From an uncultured Pelagibacteraceae bacterium (GTDB lineage: Bacteria > Pseudomonadota > Alphaproteobacteria > Pelagibacterales > Pelagibacteraceae): a DNA stretch of 64,000 nucleotides. Positions 25,377 through 35,534 of this stretch are shown in pieces. The translations under genes were made by a program, and so were the position numbers. The notes beneath the pieces are model-generated. The model worked only from the letters and a program-made list of their open reading frames with translations. It was not told where the DNA came from and did not search any database. Every line of letters begins with the position of its first letter. Positions within the stretch are counted from its first letter, which is position 1. Location: assembly GCA_902611465.1 (NCBI GenBank), contig CACLZS010000001.1, positions 72,636 through 136,635 on the forward strand. The letters run 5' to 3'.

Positions 25377-26204
25377 CTATTCTCTCAGGAGATCGTTAAT
25401 AGAAGTTTTAGATCTTGTCTTTTCATCTACTTGCTTAATTATTACAGCACAATATAGTGAAGGTGCAGTTGGGTTATTTTTATCAGGAAGTGAACCTGGT
25501 ACTACAACTGAATAAGGAGGAATTTTTCCATAAGTAATTTCTCCAGTTTTTCTATTAACAATTTTTGTAGATTGTCCTATGTACATGCCCATACTCAGTA
25601 CAGATCCTTCTCCTACAATAACACCTTCTACAACTTCAGACATTGCACCTAAAAATACATTATCCTCGATAATAGTTGGCAGAGCTTGTGCAGGTTCTAA
25701 AACTCCACCCACACCTGAACCTGCTGAGATATGACAATTTTTTCCAATTTGGCTACAACTTCCTGCTCTTGCAAATGTATCAATCATTGTTCCTTCATCT
25801 ATGTATGCCCCAATGTTAACGTAGCATGGCATTAAAACTGCATTCTTTCCAACAAAACTTCCTTTTCTTACTGGAGAGTTAGGTACCATTCTAAAACCCG
25901 CTTTCTCATGATCTTCTTTTGTCCATCCTGCAGTCTTACCCTTTAGTAGATGAGCTTTATCATACCAACTACTATATGGACCGTTCAAATTCTCCATTGG
26001 ATATAATCTAAAACTTAACATGATTGCCTTTTTCAAATGTTGATGAGTTATCCATTCACCATTAATTTTTTCAGCAACTCGTGACTTTCCACTATCTAAA
26101 TCATCAATAACTTGATTTATTGTATCTTTTAAAGACTGATCTGAAGAAGGATTAATTTGATCTCTTTTTTCCCAAGCTTCATTTATTAAGTTTTCTATAC
26201 TCAT
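25377..26204 (-). CDS. dapD: tetrahydrodipicolinate N-succinyltransferase
   Basis: Hexapeptide repeats, VNIGAY, GGVLEP, KTSINDLLR. Confidence 0.96.
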   Translation of the reverse strand: MSIENLINEAWEKRDQINPSSDQSLKDTINQVIDDLDSGKSRVAEKINGEWITHQHLKKAIMLSFRLYPMENLNGPYSSWYDKAHLLKGKTAGWTKEDHEKAGFRMVPNSPVRKGSFVGKNAVLMPCYVNIGAYIDEGTMIDTFARAGSCSQIGKNCHISAGSGVGGVLEPAQALPTIIEDNVFLGAMSEVVEGVIVGEGSVLSMGMYIGQSTKIVNRKTGEITYGKIPPYSVVVPGSLPDKNNPTAPSLYCAVIIKQVDEKTRSKTSINDLLRE

Positions 26205-26207
26205 AAT

Positions 26208-26870
26208 TTATGAGTTTTTTAATATCCTTATTTCTTTTAAAAATAAAGAGAGATTTTCTATTTTATAGTCAATATAGTCTTTATCAGATTCTTTTTTACC
26301 CCAATATTCATTATTGATTAGCCAAACTGTAGTAGCTCCTCTTTCTTTTCCAATTGACAAGTTTTTTGCAATATCTTCAATATAAATTGTTTCTTTTGGG
26401 TCAATATCAAATTTTTTTACCATCAGATCGAATGCTTTCGCTGCAGGTTTTGGGCTATATTCCGCATCAACTATATCAAATACATCCTCGAATAGATCAT
26501 CAATACCCAAATGTGTAGTTATATTATTAACATGCTCACTAGAACCATTGGTAAAAACAAACTTTCTTAAATCCAACTTCTCTATTTCACCTCTCAAAAC
26601 AATGTCTTTTTCCATAAAAGATAGGTCAATGTCATGAACAAAATTTAAAAATTCTTTAGGAGGAATATCGTGATGTATCATTAATCCATTTAGACTTGTA
26701 TTATATTTATGAAAGTAGTTAGTTTGTAACTTTTTAGCTTCGACTAAGTTAATTTTTAATTTTTCAGAAATGTATTGTGTCATTCTTTTGCTTACTTGAC
26801 CAAATACAGATTCTAAATCCTGATAGAGAACTCCATCACAATCGAATAATATATTTTTTATATTTTTCAT
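26208..26870 (-). CDS. pyrimidine 5'-nucleotidase (HAD family)
   Basis: FDCDGVLY, FTNG, PKP, IEDIAKNL; typical argB-dapD neighbour. Confidence 0.85.
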   Translation of the reverse strand: MKNIKNILFDCDGVLYQDLESVFGQVSKRMTQYISEKLKINLVEAKKLQTNYFHKYNTSLNGLMIHHDIPPKEFLNFVHDIDLSFMEKDIVLRGEIEKLDLRKFVFTNGSSEHVNNITTHLGIDDLFEDVFDIVDAEYSPKPAAKAFDLMVKKFDIDPKETIYIEDIAKNLSIGKERGATTVWLINNEYWGKKESDKDYIDYKIENLSLFLKEIRILKNS

Positions 26871-27715
26871 TTTCTTATTAATGTACCAGCACCTTTGTCT
26901 GAGAATAATTCAAAAAGAATTGAATGTTTTTTTCTTCCATCAATAATTCCAACACCTGTAACTCCATTCATTACTGCATCTAAGCAAGTGTTGATTTTAG
27001 GAATCATGCCCTCTGTTATAATTTCATTATTTATCATCTCTAAGATTTCTGAGGATGTAATTTCCGTAATGAGTTTTTTTTCTTTATCTAGTACACCTTC
27101 AACATTTGTCATTAATAATAATCTTCTACATTTCAAAGATTTAGCTATAGCACCAGCTGCTGTATCTCCGTTAATATTAAATGTTTGATTATTTTTACCT
27201 AATCCTAAAGGTGATATAATTGGAACTGAATTTACCTTAATTATATCTTTTATAATATTTGTATTGATTTTACTTGGTTTTCCAACGAATCCAAGTTCTT
27301 CTGTTTCTGGAATAACTTCAATAACATTATTTTTTTTTGTGTTTATCGAGACTGCATTTGATCCTTTTTCAATTAAAGAATTAACAATGTCCTCGTTAAA
27401 ATCAATAAGGACATCTTCAACTATATTTATAATTTTTTCATCTGTAACCCTTAAACCTCTAATAAATTTTGATTGAATATTTGATTTTTCTAATTCTCTT
27501 TTAATTCTAGGACCACCTCCGTGAACTATTATTATTGATAATCCTAACTTATTTAGAATACTTATATCTGAAATAAAATTGTTAAAAATATTTCTATCAA
27601 TAAAAACGTTTCCTCCATATTTAATAACTATTAATTCATTCTTATATTTATCTATATATTTTTTAACTTCTTCGATGGAAGGACCATCTTTTGGTACTAT
27701 TTTTTCTATTTCCAT
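26867..27715 (-). CDS. argB: acetylglutamate kinase
   Basis: VIKYGG, VHGGGP, GLRVT, NINGD, GMIPK. Confidence 0.96.
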   Translation of the reverse strand: MEIEKIVPKDGPSIEEVKKYIDKYKNELIVIKYGGNVFIDRNIFNNFISDISILNKLGLSIIIVHGGGPRIKRELEKSNIQSKFIRGLRVTDEKIINIVEDVLIDFNEDIVNSLIEKGSNAVSINTKKNNVIEVIPETEELGFVGKPSKINTNIIKDIIKVNSVPIISPLGLGKNNQTFNINGDTAAGAIAKSLKCRRLLLMTNVEGVLDKEKKLITEITSSEILEMINNEIITEGMIPKINTCLDAVMNGVTGVGIIDGRKKHSILFELFSDKGAGTLIRK

Positions 27716-27720
27716 TTCTA

Positions 27721-29403
27721 TTAAACAGTTTTGACAGTCGTTCTTTTGATTATTATGTACTGTTGTGCCATTGTTAAAATGTTATTTATAGTCCAGTAAA
27801 TAACTAGTCCTGCCGGAAAAGGAGCTAGTATTACAGTCAAAAATAATGGAAAGAACATGAATATTTTTGCTTGAACAGGATCAGGAGGCGTTGGATTTAA
27901 TTTCTGCTGCATCCACATTGAAACGCCCATTAAGCATGGCCATACACCTATCAGTAAAAAAGAAGGAGGATCCCATGGAATTAGTCCAAATAAATTAAAT
28001 ATGGATGTAGGATCTCTTTCACTTAAATCTTTTATCCAACCAAAAAATGGCTGATGTCTCATCTCAATTGTTACAAACAAAACTTTATAAATTGCAAAGA
28101 AAAAAGGTATCTGTATAAAAATTGGTAGACACCCACTTATTGGATTAACTTTTTCTCTTTTGTATAATGCCATCATCTCTTGTTGGAGTTTCATTTTATC
28201 TTCTTTATGCAATTCTTTCAGTCTTGTCATTTCTGGCTGAAGAACTTTCATTTTAGCCATGGACCTAAATGAGTAATTTGCAAGTGGAAAAAATGCTAAT
28301 CTTATACAAGCAGTTATCATTATAATTGCTATTCCAAAATTGCCAGCTAGATTAAAGAAATATTGAATTGCAAAGAATAAAGGTTTCACAATGAAGTAAA
28401 ACCATCCCCAATCTATTGCTAAATCAAACTTATTAATATTTTCACTCTCAGCATATCCATCAATAACGTTAACTTCTTTTGCGGCAATTATTAACCTAAT
28501 TGAGTTACTTTTTGTCTCGTTTGCTCCAACTTCTGTTGCATTAGTCTCAATAAAATTTGCTCTGAACTTATTTTTGTAATCAAAATCAGATCTAAAACTT
28601 TTATCTTTTTCGGGTATAAGACTAGTAAGCCAATATTTATCAGTTATACCTAGCCATCCAGATTGAGCATTTTTAGAATATTTTTTTTCCTCAATATCAT
28701 CATAATCCTCTTCAACTAATTGATCGTCAAAAACTCCAATCAAACCCTCATGCAAAATATAAAAATTAGTTACATCAGGGGCTACATTTCTAATAATTTG
28801 TCCATATGGATAAAAGTTATAAGTTTTATCCGAATTATTAATTATCGTTTGTTTGATGTTAAAAAGATATTGTTTATCTATGCTTATTTCTTTTAAGAAT
28901 TTAATATTTTGATTGTTAGTCCAACTTAATATCACTGGTGAACTAGGTGTGAGTTTGTTACTTCCTTCAATGCTCCAAAGAGATTTTGAGTTTGGTAAAT
29001 CAATATTTTTGTTAGTAGTTGCCCATCCAGTCTCTACATAGTATCCATTATTAGACTGTTTAGGATTTAATAAGATTACATTATCATCTCCATTTAAAGT
29101 ATTTGTATAATTTTTAAAAGTTAAGTCGTCTATTGAAGATCCAATTAATGAAATTGAGCCTCTAATTTTGTCATTTTCAAAAAGAACTCTTTCATTTTCT
29201 TTTAAAGCATCATTTCTAGATATTTTAATTGTTTCTTCGTCCTGAACTAATGATGGTGCATCCGTTGAAGAATTTTCACTGGTAATATTTTTGTCATTTG
29301 AAATACCTTTTTGGTCTACTACTGCTGGAGCAAAAAATAAACTATAAAGTATTATTACTGCTGCACTCAGAGATATTGCAGCAATTACATTTTTTGTATC
29401 CAT
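27721..29403 (-). CDS. yidC: membrane protein insertase YidC
   Basis: IDWGWF, NPISGCLP, WIKDLS, GLVIYW. Confidence 0.97.
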   Translation of the reverse strand: MDTKNVIAAISLSAAVIILYSLFFAPAVVDQKGISNDKNITSENSSTDAPSLVQDEETIKISRNDALKENERVLFENDKIRGSISLIGSSIDDLTFKNYTNTLNGDDNVILLNPKQSNNGYYVETGWATTNKNIDLPNSKSLWSIEGSNKLTPSSPVILSWTNNQNIKFLKEISIDKQYLFNIKQTIINNSDKTYNFYPYGQIIRNVAPDVTNFYILHEGLIGVFDDQLVEEDYDDIEEKKYSKNAQSGWLGITDKYWLTSLIPEKDKSFRSDFDYKNKFRANFIETNATEVGANETKSNSIRLIIAAKEVNVIDGYAESENINKFDLAIDWGWFYFIVKPLFFAIQYFFNLAGNFGIAIIMITACIRLAFFPLANYSFRSMAKMKVLQPEMTRLKELHKEDKMKLQQEMMALYKREKVNPISGCLPIFIQIPFFFAIYKVLFVTIEMRHQPFFGWIKDLSERDPTSIFNLFGLIPWDPPSFLLIGVWPCLMGVSMWMQQKLNPTPPDPVQAKIFMFFPLFLTVILAPFPAGLVIYWTINNILTMAQQYIIIKRTTVKTV

Positions 29404-29406
29404 AAA

Positions 29407-29649
29407 TTACTTTTTCTTTTTAACTGGATCAAATCCCTCTCCACCACCCAAAATTTTTATCGGATGACAACTAAGTATTCTTTTAAATCCATTAATACTT
29501 CCTTTTAAAATTCCATTCTCTTTTATGTTTTCAATAAAATAATCAGAACATGTTGGAAGATATCTGCAATTATTACCTAGATACGGAGATATAAGTATTT
29601 GATAAAACCTTATAATCTTGATCATTAAAAATTTAATACAATTGGTCAT
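29407..29649 (-). CDS. yidD: membrane protein insertion efficiency factor YidD
   Basis: YQ-ISP, CRYLPTCS, RILSCHP, GFDPV. Confidence 0.95.
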   Translation of the reverse strand: MTNCIKFLMIKIIRFYQILISPYLGNNCRYLPTCSDYFIENIKENGILKGSINGFKRILSCHPIKILGGGEGFDPVKKKK

Positions 29650-29987
29650 TTAATTTTTTTAAAGTCTTCTAATGTTGCGTTTTTTATTGTTTCATAAGGA
29701 TCTTTGCTAACAGATATTCTTGCAATCAATAAGTAACAGTAATTAAGATTAATGTTAATTGATTTTACAGCTTCATTCATAATATTTCTTAGTCTTCTTT
29801 TAATTCTGTTTCTTGTTACTGCATTTCCAATTTTTTTTTTGGCTACAAAACTAATATTTAATCTATTATTATTTTTATCAGAAAGTTTTTTAAAGAAAAT
29901 TGTTAAGTATTTGTTAGAAATTTTTTTTCCACTCAGAATAGACTTAAAATCCTCATTTTTAGAAAGGCTAACAATCTTGTTTTTCAT
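29646..29987 (-). CDS. rnpA: ribonuclease P protein component
   Basis: KKKIGNAVTRNRIKRRLR RNR motif. Confidence 0.95.
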   Translation of the reverse strand: MKNKIVSLSKNEDFKSILSGKKISNKYLTIFFKKLSDKNNNRLNISFVAKKKIGNAVTRNRIKRRLRNIMNEAVKSININLNYCYLLIARISVSKDPYETIKNATLEDFKKIK

Positions 29988-30124
29988 TAAGCGTTTGTTA
30001 ATTTTTTTCTTCCTTTAGCTCTTCTTCTTTTTAATACTTTTCTTCCACCCTTTGTCTTTTTTTTAGCTCTAAAGCCAACAGCCTTTTTTCTTTTTCTATT
30101 ACTTGGTTGATATGTACGTTTCAT
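29987..30124 (-). CDS. rpmH: 50S ribosomal protein L34 (45 aa, absent from ORF track)
   Basis: Hand translation [45 protein letters not shown]; stop overlaps the rnpA ATG. Confidence 0.96.
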   Translation of the reverse strand: MKRTYQPSNRKRKKAVGFRAKKKTKGGRKVLKRRRAKGRKKLTNA

Positions 30125-30206
30125 TGTTGTTAAATTAATGTTAAATTTCGGTAGTTATACAAATATATATATATAAGTACAGCGATTTTTAATAAGTTAA
30201 AAATCA

Positions 30207-30926
30207 ATGAATAGAGAAAAAAAAATTAAACTATTTTTAGGCTCTGCCTACATTTTGATAGTATTTGTTTTTTTATTGATTTTTTTTAACAACTTTTCTT
30301 TTCAGGATTTTTCAAGTTATGAATTAATAAGAGAAAATAGAGAAGCTTTAGAAAATATTAAAAATAATAATATTTTTTTATCAAGTATTATTTTTTTAAT
30401 AGGTACCATAGTCTGGGTTCTCTTATTAGGATTTGGATCACCAGTATTTCTAGTTGGTGGTTTTATTTTTGGAAAATGGTTAGGAACTTTACTAGTAGTT
30501 TTCGGGTTATCTATTGGCGCAACACTTCTTTATATGTTTGCAAATTATTTTTTTAAAGATTTGGTTGAGGAAAAATTTTCAAATCGTTTTAGTAATTTCA
30601 CTGAAAAGTTTAAAAAGAATGAGTTTGTTTTTTTTCTAATCTATAGATTTATAGGTGGCATTCCTTTTTTTATTTCAAATATTCTACCGACAATATTTAA
30701 TGTTAAAGTTAGAAATTTCTTTCTAGGATCAATAATTGGAATGACTCCACAATTATTTGTTGGAGCATCTCTTGGCGCTGGTTTGAGTAAGATATTGGAG
30801 GAAAATTCTGAGGTACCAAGTGTTTTAGAATTAATTTTTTCTCCTGATATTTATTTACCAATTCTGGGAATTATAGTTTTAGTTATAATTGGGTTTTTGC
30901 TAAAAAAAAATTTTTATACAAAATAA
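30207..30926 (+). CDS. TVP38/TMEM64 (VTT, DedA-superfamily) membrane protein
   Basis: GGFIFGKWLG, GATLLY, RFIGGIPF, FFLGSIIGMTP. Confidence 0.85.
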   Translation: MNREKKIKLFLGSAYILIVFVFLLIFFNNFSFQDFSSYELIRENREALENIKNNNIFLSSIIFLIGTIVWVLLLGFGSPVFLVGGFIFGKWLGTLLVVFGLSIGATLLYMFANYFFKDLVEEKFSNRFSNFTEKFKKNEFVFFLIYRFIGGIPFFISNILPTIFNVKVRNFFLGSIIGMTPQLFVGASLGAGLSKILEENSEVPSVLELIFSPDIYLPILGIIVLVIIGFLLKKNFYTK

Positions 30927-30929
30927 TAG

Positions 30930-31004
30930 TGGTGCCCTCGACGAGAATCTAACTCGTAACTGACCCTTACCAAGGGCCTGTTTTAACATTAAAACTACAA
31001 GGGC
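30930..31004 (-). tRNA. tRNA-Thr(GGT) with non-canonical D and T loops
   Basis: Reverse complement GCCCTTG...GGCCC-TTGGTAA-GGGTC...ACGAG-TTAGATT-CTCGT-CGAGGGC-A-CCA; all four stems pair. Confidence 0.88.
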
Positions 31005-31099
31005 ATTTTTTAATGATAATTAGTGTATAAATTAAAATTTTTCAAATTATTGCCTTATTTTTTTTTAAAAATGGGTTATATCTATTTAAGGAAAATGTT

Positions 31100-31297
31100 A
31101 TGGGAATTCACTACACATATGGAGCAAATAAAAATGCAAAGCTCATGGAGAAAAAAGCTAAAAGAGAGAAAAAGCTTGCACAAAAAAGAGCAAAAAAACA
31201 GGTTAAAACTGGCCCAGTAAAAATTGAAGAAGACAAAACAATTCCTCTTGATCAGGTTATAACACTTGATCATCTTACAAATCCTGACAAAAAATAA
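31100..31297 (+). CDS. small basic hypothetical protein (65 aa)
   Basis: AAGGA upstream; Lys-rich helix; heads a tightly packed run leading to dcd. Confidence 0.65.
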   Translation: MGIHYTYGANKNAKLMEKKAKREKKLAQKRAKKQVKTGPVKIEEDKTIPLDQVITLDHLTNPDKK

Positions 31298-31300
31298 ATA

Positions 31301-31405
31301 ATGAGTTCAAAAAAGAATAATTTTAGTAAACTTGAACTTGCTTTAAGAAAAAATTTAAAAAAAAGAAAAGAATTTCAAAAAAAAACTAAGAAAAAAAATA
31401 AATAA
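31301..31405 (+). CDS. small Lys-rich protein (34 aa, absent from ORF track)
   Basis: [34 protein letters not shown]; TAATG overlap with dcd; L-x2-ALR-x-NL-x2-RK pattern recalled from small ORFs near alphaproteobacterial murA. Confidence 0.65.
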   Translation: MSSKKNNFSKLELALRKNLKKRKEFQKKTKKKNK

Positions 31406-31959
31406 TGTCAGTTCAATCTGATAAGTGGATTATACAAATGGCCAGAGAAAATGACATGATCTCTCCTTTTGAAGACAAACAAGTTAGAGGAGATAAAATA
31501 TCATTTGGTGTCTCATCATATGGTTATGATGCGAGAGTTTCTGATGAATTTAAAATTTTTACCAACGTAAATTCCGAAATTGTAGATCCAAAAAATTTTA
31601 AATCTTCAAATTTTATTACAAAAAACTCATCTGAATGTATAATACCACCCAATTCATTCGTATTAGCGAGAACAGTAGAATATTTTAAGATTCCTAAAAA
31701 TGTTTTGGTTATATGTTTAGGAAAATCTACATATGCAAGGTGTGGAATAATTGTCAACGTCACACCTCTCGAACCAGGTTGGGAGGGACATGTAACATTA
31801 GAATTCTCTAATACAACACCGTTACCAGCAAAAATTTATGCTAATGAAGGAGTTGCTCAATTTGTTTTTATTAAGGGCAATGAGGATCCAGCTGTTTCAT
31901 ATGCAGATAGAAATGGTAAATATCAGGGCCAAAAGGGAGTTACACTTCCAAAAATATAA
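31405..31959 (+). CDS. dcd: dCTP deaminase
   Basis: [29 protein letters not shown]. Confidence 0.96.
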   Translation: MSVQSDKWIIQMARENDMISPFEDKQVRGDKISFGVSSYGYDARVSDEFKIFTNVNSEIVDPKNFKSSNFITKNSSECIIPPNSFVLARTVEYFKIPKNVLVICLGKSTYARCGIIVNVTPLEPGWEGHVTLEFSNTTPLPAKIYANEGVAQFVFIKGNEDPAVSYADRNGKYQGQKGVTLPKI

Positions 31960-31961
31960 TA

Positions 31962-33224
31962 ATGGACAAATTTATTGTTAAAGGTCCTTGCAAAATAAAG
32001 GGCGAAATTTCAATTTCGGGTTCAAAAAATGCTGCTTTACCAATTTTAGCATCGACAATCTTATTCGAAAAAGAGGTCATAATAAAAAATTTACCACGTG
32101 TTAAAGACATAGATACAATGATAAATCTTTTAAAATCTCTTGGCTCTGAAATAAAATTTAATAAAAATAGAAAAATTGTTAAAATAACAAAGAAAAAAAA
32201 GCAAAATTTTTTTGCATCATATTCACTTGTTAGAACGATGAGAGCTGGAATATTAGTTTTAGGAGCACTTGTTGCCAAACATCAAAAGTCTATAACTTCT
32301 TTGCCTGGTGGCTGCCTTATAGGGGCAAGACCTGTAAATTATCATTTGAATGCACTTAAAAAACTTGGAATGAAATATGATATTAAGAAGGGCTATATCC
32401 ACGCACATACGAAAGAAAAACTCAAAGGTGCAAAAATTAGGTTTTCAAAAATTAGTGTTGGAGCAACTGAAAATACAATTATAGCCGCATGTTTAGCAAA
32501 TGGAATTACCATTCTTAGAAATTGTGCAATTGAACCAGAAATAATTGATTTAATAAATTTTCTAAAATCAGGTGGTGCAAAAATAAAATTTATAGGCAAA
32601 CGTGCTGTGAAGATAGAGGGTATTAAATCTTTAGAAAGTACAAGTTATTCAGTGATGTCAGATAGAATAGAAACAGGAACTTTTTGTGTAGCAGCATGTT
32701 TAACTGGAGGTAATTTAAAAATAAATAATTTTGACCCACAAATTATAAAAACAGAATTATCATTACTAAAAAAAGTTGGAGCAAAAATTAAAGTAACCAA
32801 AAAACAAATTCATATATCTGGTCCAAAAAAAATCAAAAATTTAACCAATTTAGTTACTAAAGAATATCCAAACTTTCCTACAGACCTGCAAGCACAGTTT
32901 ATGGTTCTACTTTGCAAGGCTAAAGGTAAAAGTTCAATAACTGAGAGTATTTTCGAAAATAGATTTATGCATGTAGCTGAATTAAGAAGATTAGGTGCTG
33001 AGATTTTAATTAAAAAAAATAAGGCATTTATTTCAGGCAATACTAACTTTCAAGCTGCTGAATTAATGTCTAGTGACTTAAGAGCTTCAGTTGCATTAGT
33101 TTTAGCTGCAATAGTTGCCACAGGTTCGTCTACAATTAATAGAATTTATCACCTTGATAGAGGATATGAAAATATAGAGAATAAGCTAAGAAAAGTCGGA
33201 GTAAACATTCGACGTGTTAATTGA
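31962..33224 (+). CDS. murA: UDP-N-acetylglucosamine 1-carboxyvinyltransferase
   Basis: GSKNA, LPGGC, SVGATEN, FPTDLQ, DLRA, HLDRGY. Confidence 0.98.
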   Translation: MDKFIVKGPCKIKGEISISGSKNAALPILASTILFEKEVIIKNLPRVKDIDTMINLLKSLGSEIKFNKNRKIVKITKKKKQNFFASYSLVRTMRAGILVLGALVAKHQKSITSLPGGCLIGARPVNYHLNALKKLGMKYDIKKGYIHAHTKEKLKGAKIRFSKISVGATENTIIAACLANGITILRNCAIEPEIIDLINFLKSGGAKIKFIGKRAVKIEGIKSLESTSYSVMSDRIETGTFCVAACLTGGNLKINNFDPQIIKTELSLLKKVGAKIKVTKKQIHISGPKKIKNLTNLVTKEYPNFPTDLQAQFMVLLCKAKGKSSITESIFENRFMHVAELRRLGAEILIKKNKAFISGNTNFQAAELMSSDLRASVALVLAAIVATGSSTINRIYHLDRGYENIENKLRKVGVNIRRVN

Positions 33225-33631
33225 TGGAAAACCAATATTTAAAAAAGATAATTGCACAAACTCCTGAAGATCTTCATATCATTTCAGCTTGCTGCTCTGA
33301 GGGTAAAGTTAACATTGACGATGTTAAATATTTAGCTTCTAATAAAATTTTCCTAATTTCAATAGCAAGATTTAGTAAAGAAGAAGAAAATAAAAATAAA
33401 TTGATAAACAGTATTATCAAATTTGAATTTATTAATTCCTCAAAATCTAAGAATATAGACCAAAATGACACTAATTTAACATTAGAACTATTAACAATTG
33501 ATATTTTTAAGAAAGGGGAGAATTTTGAAATAACTATGTTATTTTCGAAAAATAGAATTATAACTCTTGCCGCTGAAGTAATTGAAGTGACATTAGAGGA
33601 TCAAAAAATAGCAAATGATAAAAATAATTAA
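33224..33631 (+). CDS. DUF2948-family protein
   Basis: A-x3-DL-x-IISA N-terminus and EVIEVTLED C-terminus; murA-hisD context. Confidence 0.75.
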   Translation: MENQYLKKIIAQTPEDLHIISACCSEGKVNIDDVKYLASNKIFLISIARFSKEEENKNKLINSIIKFEFINSSKSKNIDQNDTNLTLELLTIDIFKKGENFEITMLFSKNRIITLAAEVIEVTLEDQKIANDKNN

Positions 33632-34880
33632 TTGTAATAAAAAAAATTACTTAAATATTTTAACAAAATTTTTAGATCTAAGAAGGTCTGAAAAAAAAAA
33701 TGAAAATAAAATAATATCTAAAATTTTAAAAGATATTAAGAACAATAAAAATAAAAGTCTTATAAAATATGAGAAAAAATTTAGTAAAAATAGTCAAATT
33801 AAGCCAAGTATTAAGCAAATTAATAAAGCAATTAAATCTTTAGACCCTAAGATTAAAAGAGCTATAGATTTTGCTTACAAACGGATACTCAAATTTCACA
33901 CCTTACAAAAAACTAAAGATATTTTTTATAAAGATAATCTAAATAATTTAATTGAATATAAATATGTACCAATTCAATCGGTTGGTATTTATGTCCCAGC
34001 AAACTTGCCATCTACATTATTAATGAATGCTATTCCGGCAAAAATTGCAGGTGTTAAAAGAATCGTACTAGCAAATCCAAAAAATAATGGAAATTTAAAT
34101 CCTGCGGTTTTGTATGCTGCAAAAAAATTAGGAATTAATGAAATTTATTCAATGGGAGGCGCACAAGCTATAGGTAGTTTGGCTTATATTCAAAAAGTAA
34201 ATAAAATTGTTGGTCCTGGCAATATCTTTGTAGCTGGTGCTAAAAGACAAGTTTTTGGAGATGTAGGCATTGAAGGAATGATTGCAGGCCCATCTGAAAT
34301 AACAATATTAGCAGACAGCAAAACTAGTTTAAATGAAGTTACCACATCTATGATTGGTCAGGCAGAACATGACTCAAATTCACAGTGTATATTAATTACC
34401 AAGGATTTAAATTTGATTAAAAAATTTAAAAAAGAATTAGAATTAAAATTGAAACAGATACCAAGGCAAAGTATTGCCACTAAAAGTATAAAAAGTAACG
34501 GACTAATCTTAAAAGTATATAATGATAGACAAATTATTGATGCAATTAATGAGATAGCTCCTGAACACTTAGAAATAAATGTTGGCAATTATAAAAAGTA
34601 TAAAGATAAAATTGTTAATGCGGGAAGTATTTGTATAGGAAAATATTCTCCTATGGCATTAAGCGACTATGCTGTTGGGACAAATCATGTATTACCAACT
34701 AATGCATCAGCTAAATTTTCTTCAGGGTTAAGTTTAAGTGAATTTTATAAAAAAATTAGCCTTATAACTCTTTCAAAAAAAGGTGTTGAGAAAATAGGAG
34801 AATACGCTACACATCTCGCTGAGTATGAAGAATTAAAAGGTCATGCTTTGAGTATAAAATCTAGAATAAATAAGGAGTAA
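33615..34880 (+). CDS. hisD: histidinol dehydrogenase
   Basis: GGAQAI, VGPGN, AGPSE, QAEHD, APEHL, GTNHVLPT. Confidence 0.96.
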   Translation: MIKIINCNKKNYLNILTKFLDLRRSEKKNENKIISKILKDIKNNKNKSLIKYEKKFSKNSQIKPSIKQINKAIKSLDPKIKRAIDFAYKRILKFHTLQKTKDIFYKDNLNNLIEYKYVPIQSVGIYVPANLPSTLLMNAIPAKIAGVKRIVLANPKNNGNLNPAVLYAAKKLGINEIYSMGGAQAIGSLAYIQKVNKIVGPGNIFVAGAKRQVFGDVGIEGMIAGPSEITILADSKTSLNEVTTSMIGQAEHDSNSQCILITKDLNLIKKFKKELELKLKQIPRQSIATKSIKSNGLILKVYNDRQIIDAINEIAPEHLEINVGNYKKYKDKIVNAGSICIGKYSPMALSDYAVGTNHVLPTNASAKFSSGLSLSEFYKKISLITLSKKGVEKIGEYATHLAEYEELKGHALSIKSRINKE

Positions 34881-34886
34881 CAAAAT

Positions 34887-35102
34887 TTGTCGAAACAAGA
34901 TTTATTGGAATTTAAAGGTAAAGTAATCGATTTATTACCTAATGCCATGTTCCGAGTAAAGCTTGAAAATAATCATATTGTTACAGCTCACACAGCTGGT
35001 AAGTTAAGGAAGAATAGGATTAGAGTTCTTCAAGGTGATAATGTAACAGTCGAAGTAACACCTTATGATTTGACAAAAGGAAGAATTATTTTTAGGTTTT
35101 AA
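34887..35102 (+). CDS. infA: translation initiation factor IF-1
   Basis: [18 protein letters not shown]; AAGGAG RBS; TTG start. Confidence 0.97.
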   Translation: MSKQDLLEFKGKVIDLLPNAMFRVKLENNHIVTAHTAGKLRKNRIRVLQGDNVTVEVTPYDLTKGRIIFRF

Positions 35103-35107
35103 ATAAT

Positions 35108-35183
35108 GGCTTCGTAGCTCAGTTGGTAGAGCAGAGCCCTGAAAAGGCTTGTGTCGCTGGTTCGAGTCCCGCCGAAGCCACCA
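35108..35183 (+). tRNA. tRNA-Phe(GAA)
   Basis: GGCTTCG/CGAAGCC acceptor, GAGCC-CTGAAAA-GGCTT anticodon arm, TTCGAGT, CCA. Confidence 0.96.
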
Positions 35184-35214
35184 TTTTAGAAATAAAACCT
35201 TGCAGCAAAAATGC

Positions 35215-35266
35215 TTGCATTCAATTTTAAAATCTAATAACTATCCCGCTAGCTGAAGTTTAGCTA
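35215..35266 (+). promoter_or_regulatory. putative csp promoter and 5'-UTR hairpin
   Basis: TTGCAT-17 nt-TAACTA, then TAGCT-GAAGTTT-AGCTA hairpin at 35250-35266. Confidence 0.4.
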
Positions 35267-35301
35267 AGTTTAATATAATAAAGAAAGAGTAAAAAAAAAG
35301 T

Positions 35302-35514
35302 ATGAGTACATTAAAAGGAAAAGTAAAGTGGTTCAACGGTAAGAAGGGCTACGGTTTTATAGAAAGAGAAGACGGAGAAAAAGATTGTTTCGTTCATGCA
35401 AGCGCAGTTCGTGAAGCAGGACTTCGTTTTTTGAATGAGAACGACGCTGTAGAATTTGAAATTCAGGATGGAGACAAAGGTCCAAGCGCAGTGAATTTAA
35501 AGAAAACTTCTTAA
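35302..35514 (+). CDS. cspA: cold-shock protein
   Basis: GKVKWFN, KGYGFI (RNP1), FVHAS (RNP2), KGPSA. Confidence 0.95.
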   Translation: MSTLKGKVKWFNGKKGYGFIEREDGEKDCFVHASAVREAGLRFLNENDAVEFEIQDGDKGPSAVNLKKTS

Positions 35515-35534
35515 AATTTATTTCATTTAAAATT

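Noticed and set aside
30125-30206. oriC next to rpmH
   Set aside because: No dnaA; only 82 nt; one imperfect box (TTATACAAA); better explained as divergent promoters.
31023-31273. Alternative ORFs 31023-31220 (+) and 31082-31273 (-)
   Set aside because: They overlap the better-supported 31100-31297 ORF, which has an RBS and operon packing.
35200-35220. TGCAGC-AAAAAT-GCTTGCA as a second RegA-like site
   Set aside because: Imperfect, and largely explained by the csp -35 element.
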